Assembly: GCF_016433145.1 (NCBI RefSeq)
Contig: NC_058130.1
Coordinates: 704,164,639 to 704,228,638, forward strand
From: Gracilinanus agilis
Taxonomy: Eukaryota
Direction of reading: 5' to 3'
DNA: 64,000 nt
This document shows, in pieces, positions 37,296-64,000 of this stretch. Each line of letters starts with the position of its first letter. Position 1 is the first letter of the stretch. Made by a program: the position numbers and the translations under genes. The notes beneath the pieces are model-generated. The model was not told the DNA's origin. It ran no database searches and worked only from the letters and a program-made list of their open reading frames with translations.

Positions 37296-38147
37296 TTAGA
37301 TTACTTTCTTCAATTCCTCATACAGGACAAGTGCCAAAGCTCCACCCATGCCTCTAAGATCAGTGGACCAGGCACCCTTGAAGCAAGCTTTGCCCCCCTC
37401 ATCTTTAGCAATCTTCCTCCAGCAATGGATTATGTCAGTGTCCAAGGTATCAGCTCCTTTGTGCCCAGACTGCATCATCATTTGTCGCCTTACTGTATCA
37501 AAGGGATAGGAAACTCCACCTGCTACAGCAGTCACTCTGTGTACAATCATCCAACTTATCACAAGATGAATATTCTTAGGATCTAGAAGCATACCTTTGG
37601 CTGTATCATCAATTCCAAAGTAGGCTGCTCCATAGAAAATAATACCCTTCAAGGGACCAACAAAACTTTGATATGAGCCCCGAATTCCATCATACTTGGT
37701 GATTTTCACAAGGCAGTCCCTCAGGCCTTTGAATTCTCTCTCAGTGCCAGATTTCCCAGCATCAGTTCTTGCAAAATCCAAAGGGTAGACAAAGCAGAGA
37801 GAAGTGGCTCTGGCTGCACCACCAGAGGCAAGATTACCAGCAAAATACCCCCAAAATGTGTGTGTTTGTCCACTGCTTCCCAAAACACCTGCTTATACTT
37901 ATCCTTAAAGGCAAAGTTATGGGCCTGGATGGGGAAATATCTGATGACATTTGCTAAGTTACCCCACCAGAAGGAAAACATCTCTTGTTCCTTTAGAATT
38001 CAGACAATACAGTCCATAATGCCTTTGTACAGCTTATCTGCAGCAAGTTGTTTATTTGCATGCTGTCCCTGCAATAATAGTCTGACTCTCTGGATGGGGG
38101 CCACCAGCCAAGAAGTCCATGTCAAAGGATATGGCTTGTTCCATCAT
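37296..38147 (-). pseudogene. SLC25A6: Processed pseudogene of ADP/ATP translocase 3
   Basis: Intronless. [16 protein letters not shown]...VDKHT...[20 protein letters not shown]...LYEELKKVI* has ANT3-diagnostic termini (MTEQAISF, LKKVI). Lesions: deletion after FLAGG, TGA at 38000-38002, frameshift near 37855, loss of RLAA. 3'UTR-like sequence (ggaccattgaccttcaagaaat..gttgtcttt) continues to about 37179. Confidence 0.93.
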
Positions 38148-39866
38148 CCTTACAGAGGGGATAGATGGTGGAACTGGAAACAGAAAGCCAATGTAAGAGG
38201 GCTGAAAGCTGGGCAAGGCTTAGCTTAAAAGCATTTTAAAAAGGGGAATTATATTGTCTGGTACCCTAATGCCATACCAATATTTCTTTTCCCAAAATGG
38301 CAGTCTGTGCATATCATTCTTGGTGGAGGAGGCTACACAGTTTACTTGTAAGTAAGAAGAGGCAAGACTGAATACAGAGGAGAGGGAAAACATAAAGGCT
38401 TTATCTTTATCGACTTCTTCTTCCATTAGGCTAATTGGTCTGGTTCTGTGACTCTACACTTTGGTGACTGAGCCAGTTTACCACTTAGTAAGGTGGGGAA
38501 GGGGGTGTTAGGCAGATGGGAATAAGCATTTATATCCTATGTGCCAGGCCCTGTGCCAAGCACTTTTTACAAATATCATTACAACTGTACAACATAGGTG
38601 TTCTTCTCTCTTCCATTTTACTGTTGAGGAAAGTGAGGCACAGAGGCTAAACGATTTAGGGTCATACAGCTTAATAGTCTGAAGCCACATTTGAATTCAG
38701 GCCTTCCAGAATGCAGACTCAGAAATCACCAGCTACCTTCCTGCTAGATGGGCTGCAAAGGTGCAATCAGTCAAGAAGCCTTTATTAAGAGCCTACCATG
38801 GGGCAGGTGGTTCAGTGCATAAAGAGCCAGGCCTGGAGATGAGAGGTTGTGGGTTCAAATTTGAACTCAGATACTTTCTTGCTGTGTGATCCTGGGTAAG
38901 GCATGTAACTCCAATTAATCAGTTTTCTGCTTTGGGACCAATACTTCGTATTGATTCTAAGACAGAAGGGAAGTGTTAAAAAAAAAAAAAAAAAAAAAGA
39001 GCCTGTGATGTCCTAGGCACTATGTTCAATCAAGCCTTTTGTCTAGTACCTGACACAGAGATGTGTCTCCCCAATGTTAGGTAGGGTTAAGGGAAGACCA
39101 TTACCATCTCTCCTGGATGCTGACCTTCCTAATTGATCTTCCTAATGGGAACTCCAAATGTGATCTTGGTTGACAATGTGGGGAGGAGCAAGAAAGAAGA
39201 GAGAAAACTCCTTTTCTCTCTAATTCCTCATCACTAAATTCCACTAGGTCTAGAAGGCAGAATCAAAACAGATACTTCCTGTTTTCATCCACTGATCCAA
39301 ATCCCCTCCTGTCTTAATGTTCAGTCCTGTCTGACTCTTCTTGACCCCATTTGATGTTTTCTTGGCAAAAGATACTTGTTTGCTATTTCCTTCTCTTGCT
39401 CATTTGGCAGATGAGGAAACTAAGGAAAACAGGGTGAAATGACTTGCCCAGGATCACACAGCTGGTAACTTTTTGAGGTCTGATTTGAACTCAAGAAGAG
39501 TCTTCTTGACTCCAGTCATTCTATCCACTGTGCCCCCTAGTTGCTCCAAAGCCCATGAACTCTTTATTTTTATTTTATTTTACAAGTTGAACTTATTTAT
39601 CTTTTTAAAAAATATTTTCCATGTTTCCATGATTCATTTTCTTTCTTTCCCTTCTTCCCTCACTTATACCCATTTCTATATTATTCATTTTTGCAATAAG
39701 AACAATCTTTTAAAACCTTACCCTAATCATATGTCCATATAAACAAATGATAAGACATTTGTTTTTCTTCTGTGTTTCTACTCCCATAGTTCTTTTTCTC
39801 TCAATATGGATTAGTGTTCTTCCCTATAAGTCTCTTGAAGCCCCTAAGATCTTTCTAATTTTATTA

Positions 39867-41670
39867 TGTGAAATTGATTAGTGATGAATAATTAAGAGTT
39901 TTGATAATCACAGCAGGACTCATTGTAACCAATTTCTTTTTTTTTTTTAAGCCCTTGTACTTCGGTGTATTGTCTCATAGGTGGAAGATTGGTAAGGGTG
40001 GGCAATGGGGCTCAAGTGACTTGCCCAGGGTCACATAGCTGGGAAGTGGCTGATGCCGGGTTTGAACCTAGGACCTCCTGTCTCTAGGCCAGGCTCTCAC
40101 TCCACTGAGCTACCCAGCTGCCCCCGTGTAACCAATTTCTAAGGCTTAGATTCAGAACTATTTTATATAGGCCTTAATAGTATGATACTTGATAGAAGAA
40201 TGCAGAAACCTGAGATCAGACTCTTGAGGGAGATAAAGAAGATGAATGGAAGATGACTAATATATAGAAAATGGTCAGCCATTTTTTAGGTGCAAAAGAG
40301 GAGTTTGCCCCTTTAGAACACAGAACCTGGCAAGGCAGCCCCGGGCAATGCGCCAATCTGGTAGTTGGGAAAGGAGTATAAATTGAGGAGCAAAACCCCT
40401 CAGGGGCACTTCTTCTCTGGGTTAGGGAGGCAGGAAGTTGTCTACTGTCTGGGCCCCTGGAGGACAGTAGATTGGTATAGGCAGGCAGGCAGGATTCAGA
40501 CTACTTTGCTGGCTATATCAATCACCTTTTTATTGATAAGGCAACTGAGCCTTAATTACTAAACAAGATTATTTCATCATCAAAATATCCAAAATCTATA
40601 ACAGCTTCCCAGCCAGGGGAGACTCTCAAAGTCCCCTGGACTCAGCACCTAGGTCAACTTTCTACTTAGATATCTCCATAAATTTATTGTACTTATTATA
40701 GGTTATAAGCTTAATAGGGTTCACCTACTTCCCTCTCTCCCTCCTCCCAGTTTCCTTTTCTGACAGCCTTTACTCATAAGGTGATAGCTTACCTTAAGGA
40801 CAAAATCATTATCTCTTTGTCAACGAAGTCAGCTTGGGAATGTGTCATTTCAAATTACTTTTTGTTTGTTATGATCCATTGGGGAGACTAGTCTCCCAAA
40901 GGATCACGGGGGTGGGAGGGTTTGAGGGGGGGAGGGAATATGTCATTTAAAATTATTCTTCTACATCTCCCAGAGCTCCCTGCTACAACTTCCCACTCCA
41001 CCTCCCACTTCCTTTGTGGGAGGTGTTGGAGAAAGTATAAGAGAGAGGGTTTTGGCTCCTTTTCACTCTCTTGAGCCCAGAGGCTGGCTGATGCCCTCTA
41101 CCCTGAGCCCTGCAGAGCTTTTGGCTAGTAGCTCTCTTAGAGCCCTTTCCCCCTTCTATCTACCTCCTAGTTTTTCCTAGACCTTCCCTTTTCTAATTTA
41201 AACAAAACCTAGCTATTCCTAAGTTGCTATCTGATCTTTTATTTGAGCCCCAAAGGGCACTGCTACCTTCCTTTCCCTTCCTCTACCTTCCTCTCTCCTT
41301 TCTCCCAACCATCCTTCCTCCTATGGTCCTCTCATCCCCACACAGGAACAAAGCCTAGCTGATCCAAATACTTCAAGATCAAGCTTGTGCTTGAATAATA
41401 AACACCATTAAGGTCCCAGAAAGTTAAACAACTTCCTGGTTTTTATCAAGCCCAACTGATTCCTTAGGAACTGTTACTAGGGCATTCAGCTTTTCACAGA
41501 ATTCCATCTCCTTTCAGTGGAGCTTTCAGGCAGTAGTTTAGATCAACCTCAGACCTTCATGCTTTGATTGAATATCAGTGTTCCACTGAATTGACTAATA
41601 ACAGGACCTTAACCTACCAATAACATGACTCAATCTGGCCATGAGAAGTTTTGTTTTTTTTTCCCCCCTA
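39867..41670 (+). mobile_element. LTR copy B (same family as 36146-37178) with nested SINE and a second LTR-like insertion
   Basis: Shared blocks such as tagaaaatggtcagccatttt, gtttgcccctttagaac, ggaaaggagtataaattg, ttcacctacttccc, ttaaggtcccag. Interrupted at 39938-40125 and ~40830-41345; ends approximate. Confidence 0.65.
39938..40125 (-). mobile_element. Young SINE1_Mdo-type SINE with perfect 14-bp TSD
   Basis: Full tRNA-like head to poly(A); TSD TGTAACCAATTTCT at 39924-39937 and 40127-40140. Confidence 0.9.
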
Positions 41671-43628
41671 GTTTAGAATCTCTCTGGTACAGGGGAATGG
41701 GGTGAGGGAGTGTCTGAAGATATTTCTGGAGTATTTCTGGAGAATAATAGAGACTAAATCTGTGTTTTGCCATAATTCTCGACATGTCCCTTAGAAATGA
41801 GCAAAATGTAAGCTCAGGCTTACTTCTATAGATCAACCACAGTCTTAGTGACCCACCAAACTGTATGGAAAGCTGCTCTTAGGTGTACCTTAGATCACTG
41901 AGAAACCACTGACATCTCTTATTGGTAATTGCCAGTCTTGCCAATAAATAGATTATGCTCAGACTTTTGTGCCTCAGATTCTCTTCTTTGCAGATTTTTA
42001 TCTTGACATTAAGCACTCATTCACATCTAATTTACTTTTGAGGAAGTGATCCACTCCATGGTTACAGCTAGGTCCTGAATAACAATAATAATGATAACAC
42101 TTAACATTTATATGTGTGTCAGACATTGTGCTAAGTGCTTTATAATTATTATCTAATTTGATCCTCATAACAACTCTGAGAGGTGGGCATTATTATTCTC
42201 TCCATTTTATAGATGAGATAAACAGAGGATAAGTGAGTTGTCCAAGATCACAAAGCTAATATATGTCTCAGACCAGATTTAAACACAGGTTTTCCTCACT
42301 TCAGGCACACTACAAACCACCTAACTACCCAGTCTTCTAAAGGAGTCACGCCCTTATTTAGGAACATAAATTTGGCTACCTAGAGAGCTGAATGGGAGAG
42401 GGGAGACACTTGAAACAGGGAGACCATTTAAGAAACCATATGGGGATAGGAAGTGAGTTGCTCAGTGGATTAAGAGCCAGGCTAGGAGGTCCTAGGTTCA
42501 AATATGACTTCAGATACTTCTTAGCTGTGTCACCCTGGGCAAGTCACTTAACCTCCATTACCTAGCCCTTATTCCCTTCTGCCTTAGAACCAATAGAGAA
42601 TACTGAATTTAAGTCAGAAGGTTAAGTTTTTTTTTTTTTTAAAGAGACTTTTGAAGAAAAGGGATGAGGGTCTAAACTAAAGTTGAGGATATCTGAATCC
42701 TAACTGATGTGCTGTTCCTAAGCTGACTTTTTTGAATTTCCCAGTTTAAATGGAGAAAGGGAATGGGTGAATGAGTCTTCTGAGGTGCCATATACTCACC
42801 AGAAACACCCTCCCATAAATAGGAGGGACCTAGGATGGCTGATACCTGTGCAAAAGATTTAAGATAGACTGTCATACTGTCTGAGAAAAGTTTTTGAACA
42901 AGTGCTCCAGGAAATTTTGAGGAAGTTAAGATCACTTTCAGATGGTCATGGAGGAAGTAACTTCTAAGACACAGGAGGAGATAAGTTTGAATGCAAAAAA
43001 GCAGAGAGTAGGAAATGGCTAGTAATCCAGATGGCATGGAATTTAAAAGGCAATTAACATGAAATAAAAGGGGGTAAACCCATCAAAACCAAATTTTGTG
43101 GGCTCCTCACAAAAAGGAGTATACATTTGTAGAGATCAGGGAGTTGAGCTCAGGAAATCACCTCTTCCATGAAGTCTTATAGGATTTCCCTTTTCTTAAA
43201 CTTCGTATTTTATTCCCTCCTACATTAATCTTATTCCAGGGGAAGTTGCACTTAATTTTAATTGGGTTCTTATCTGCCTACTTTTTAGGGAGACCTGCTC
43301 TCCCACAACCTCCCATAACCTTGGCAAAGCTCAGGGCTCACACCTGCCAATTACATAAGTCAATATTTACTAAACAGGGTGTGGTAGGCACTGGGATAAG
43401 CCCTGGAGCTACAAAGAGGTGAAGGGCAGTGCCTGCCCTCAAGGAGCTCCCAGTCTAAAGGGAGAGACAACTTGTAAACAAGAGAAGCAGAAACAAGCCA
43501 CATAATAGAGGATGAGAAATAATGAACAGAGGGATGTAAGGGACCTAAGGGGATTGGGGGTGGGGAGGGCCCAGTGGGACTAGCAGGACCTGGATGAAAG
43601 GGCAGAGCACAGCTCGCTGGGGCGAGGG

Positions 43629-43629
<1 letters not shown>

Positions 43630-43673
<44 letters not shown>
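43630..43673. repeat. (TG)22 microsatellite upstream of the CPSF1 promoter
   Basis: Directly visible perfect dinucleotide run. Confidence 0.95.
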
Positions 43674-43675
<2 letters not shown>

Positions 43676-43779
43676 TGAATACCCAGAGTAGTTGGGACCT
43701 GGGAATAGTGTCAAAGGAGTTCCTTTATGCACTAAAATGGAGGGAGAGCGCCTATGAAGCTGGGGATCAGAGAGAGCAA

Positions 43780-44340
43780 GCGACTCTCCCAGAGTCACAC
43801 AGCACCAGGCTGCTGCTGAAGCGACCCCGAACCGGCCAAGGTGAGATAAGGACTTTTTCACTGAATAGTGGCGTGGAGGGAGGAGGCCGCGCCCTCCACC
43901 CACCCCCCGCCCAGGGGAGTATCCCGCACAGCGTCTTCAACAGCACGGTAACGCCAAAGCGCACGCACCGCGGGGAGGAAGTAGAAGATCTACAGCCCCG
44001 CAGTTCTCCGGTCTTTGCGCCTGCGCGCCCGCAGGGTGCTGATAGGGCGTGGATGGGAGGAGTGGAAGAGGTGGGGAGGCAGCTCCAGCGCCGGAACTCT
44101 TGAGCAGGAGGTCCGCGGTTCGACCGGAACGTTTTTTTGGCCGTCCTGGAGCCTGTTCTCTTCCACCTCCTCTCTTCTCCCCATCCTACCTCCGCGAGCC
44201 GATGTGCCGCGGCCGGTGCGCGCCGTGGGGAGAACGCGTGAGGCTGCGGGAGGAGGCGGAGGAGGTGGCGCGCGACACAGGTGGGGGAGGGCAGAGAATG
44301 TTAGGGATTAGGGGGGTCTGGGTGCGGGGAAAAAATGAGG
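43780..44340 (+). promoter_or_regulatory. CpG-island promoter and probable non-coding exon 1 of CPSF1
   Basis: CpG-rich, 2.4 kb upstream of the ATG exon. NRF1-like GCGCCTGCGC near 44016-44025 and two ETS-like CCGGAA cores. Candidate exon-1 donors at 44216 (GTGCGC) or 44238 (GTGAGG). Confidence 0.8.
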
Positions 44341-46699
44341 AGCTCTGAAGGGGGGAGGGGGAGAAGAACCCTGGAGAAGGGAAAATGTCCGGGGGGGAAA
44401 GTGAAGAGCAGGAGAGCTGGGCAGGGAGAGCGTTCCGAGGAGGGCAGTGAGGGGCAAGAGAAAGGAAAGTCCTCGGGGGCAGTGTGGGGCAAGGCAGAGA
44501 AAAGGGTTTGGAAGGATGGGAGGAGAGCCCTGGGGGAAGGAGAAAGTTAACGATCTAGGGGTTCCTGGAGAGTGTGAGCTCGCCCTGAGAGGAAAGGAAA
44601 GATGCTGAAGGAAACTTTGGGAGGAATCTGGGGGACGGGTAGGGGAGGCAGCTGAGGGAGGTCCAAGGGTACTGAGGGAAAAAATAAAGGTTGATTCTAG
44701 GGGAGAAGGCTAGGAATGAGAGAGTTTAAGGGACTATGAGGAAGGTCTGATCTAGAAGATCAATGAGAGAGGTAGGGAATTTCTCTCTTAGTCGCCCTAC
44801 ACCAAAAAGGGAAGTTAACCCCATGCCCAGTAGTAGGCATTTAATACAAATTTATTGATGGATTGATTTAATAATATAGTTTTCACATGTAGCACCTTAA
44901 GGTTTGCAAAGCACTTTTACAAATATTTGATCCCCACATCAATCCTTGGAGGTAGGTGCTGTTAGGATTCTTATTTTATAGATGAAATACACAGGATGAC
45001 AGTTACCAAGTATCTGAAGTCAAATTTGAATTCAGTTCTTCCTGACCCCAGTTCCAGTCTCTTAACTACTGTGCCACCCTGGCTACCTCATTATGTATAG
45101 TAGTATCCTGTAGGGGAAATTGGGTGCTAGAGAAGTAGCAAAGTTTAGATAAGAGAGATTTCTTAACCATAAAGAGTTTACAGTCTTATAGGGGTATGTC
45201 ACAGATACACATACCTCTAACATGTAGTATTATGCTAAATATCTTAGTTACAAAGCAAGGTAGGGAGATGAACAAGGTTAGGCTGAGGCAATAAGATACA
45301 CTGGTTACATATTTTTTATTTCATTAGGCTATATTTTTGTTAAAATTCTTAATTTTTCATCACTTTTATTAATAAAGATACTCCTTTTCTCCTACATAGT
45401 AAACCCAGTAACAAAGAATTAAAAAAAAAGGAAGACATAAATTCTGATAGGACATATAACATTCTATGCCCATAAACTCTCACCTCTTCAAAGAAGAGAG
45501 TAAGAATTAGATCATTATTTAGCAATTTAAGCATCTTTTTATGTGCAAAATACTACTTGGTATTTTTACTAAGGGTAAAAATTACCATTAGGCTCTCAAG
45601 GAAGAAATAAAGGTAATTAGGAGACTATACTTTCATGGAACTCACAGTCTTTTTTTTTTTTTTTTAAACCCTTAACTTCTTTGTATTGGCTCATAGGTGG
45701 AAGAGTGGTAAGGGTGGACAATGGGGGTCAAGTGACTTGCCCAGGGTCACACAGCTGGGAAGTGTCTGAGGCTGGCTTTGAATCTAGGACCTCCCTTCTC
45801 TAGGCCTGACTCAATCCACCGAGGTCCAAATCTAGCCCACTGCCTGATTTTGTGTTGGCTAGAACTAAGAATGATTTTATATTTTTAAGTTCAATAAAAC
45901 TGTTTTAAAATATAAAAACCATTTTTAGTTCATGAAGTATAAAAGACCATGCCTGCTTATAGACTAATTTGCAGTGGTTTGTTGACTCCTAGAATTGTTT
46001 GTAGAGAGGCTTCAAGGAATTGAGGGTGAGGGGTTCTAGCAGAGTTTGACTTTGACTTTTAAGATTCCAATTCTGATATTTTATGATTTTGTGGTAACAG
46101 TATAAGTGAGATGTGTGTAACAGAGGAATCATTAAAGTTGGGAAGGACTTTTGATTTGGCCCTTACTGGGAAGGAATACTGAGTAAAGGGAAGAAGTAAT
46201 TAAATAAGAGGGTTAGATGTTAGAAGATAATATGTATTAATACATGTATGTACTTAAGAGCATAGGATGGAGGACTGAGAAGATAGGTTGAAGAGAGAGG
46301 AGGGAGAAATGTTAGAGGAATAGTTAGGTCTTAGAGATGAGAATAGAATGGTGAGTCTTGGATATAAAAAGCATTGCAAAGAAAATTGTCAGGGTGGAAG
46401 CAATAACCATATCCCTAGGAAGCTTGGATAAAAAGGAGTTAGCTTATGGGGAAGGTGAGGCTCAGAAGGGAGTATGAGTGATTGAAAATCCTGGGGAAAG
46501 AGTGTCCAGGGTTAGGGTAGTAGAGGGTAATATGTATGTGTCAGAGAGATTTGGGAAGAGAGATGTTGCACAGCAGGGATAATCATTTATAAAAGTCAGT
46601 TAGCATCCTGTATCTCTGAGGGAATGTCTGAGCCTGGCACATAGTGGTCATTAGTACCTATTCTCAACCCTCCCATCCTTTTTCATCTATAGGTTATGA

Positions 46700-63966
<17,267 letters not shown>

Positions 63967-64000
63967 GTGAGTATAAATGACTTTTCCCCACAATATTGAC

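Noticed and set aside
37296-37883. 195-aa ORF as a functional ADP/ATP carrier
   Set aside because: Upstream stop, frameshift and deletions, and many substitutions at conserved carrier residues.
43580-44550. Multiple 60-140 aa ORFs over the CPSF1 CpG island (and over the VPS28 island at 15570-16290)
   Set aside because: Expected from GC-rich, stop-poor promoter DNA; no recognisable protein.

Overview
Window from a marsupial genome, probably a didelphid opossum (abundant SINE1_Mdo-type SINEs, marsupial-type L1 3' ends, ERV LTRs with 4-bp TSDs). It holds a complete 9-coding-exon VPS28 gene on the minus strand (7945-15790, 221 aa) and the first 33 coding exons of CPSF1 on the plus strand (46724-63966, running off the right edge). 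The two genes are head-to-head, whereas human has TONSL>VPS28>SLC39A4>CPSF1 co-oriented. The 28-kb interval between them contains a decayed, intron-containing remnant of the last four TONSL exons (nonsense codon, frameshift, MITE beside an acceptor, exon 23 cut off at an L1 tail), which suggests a rearrangement breakpoint inside TONSL. It also contains a 422-bp palindromic element: two inward-facing LTR 5' ends (115/116-bp inverted arms, TG...CA termini, 4-bp TSD) around a tRNA-Met-like copy. Other contents are an SLC25A6 (ANT3) processed pseudogene, many LTR/L1/SINE/MITE/CR1 fragments and a 500-N gap with duplicated flanks. Gene and repeat identities come from recalled reference sequences; no database searches were run.
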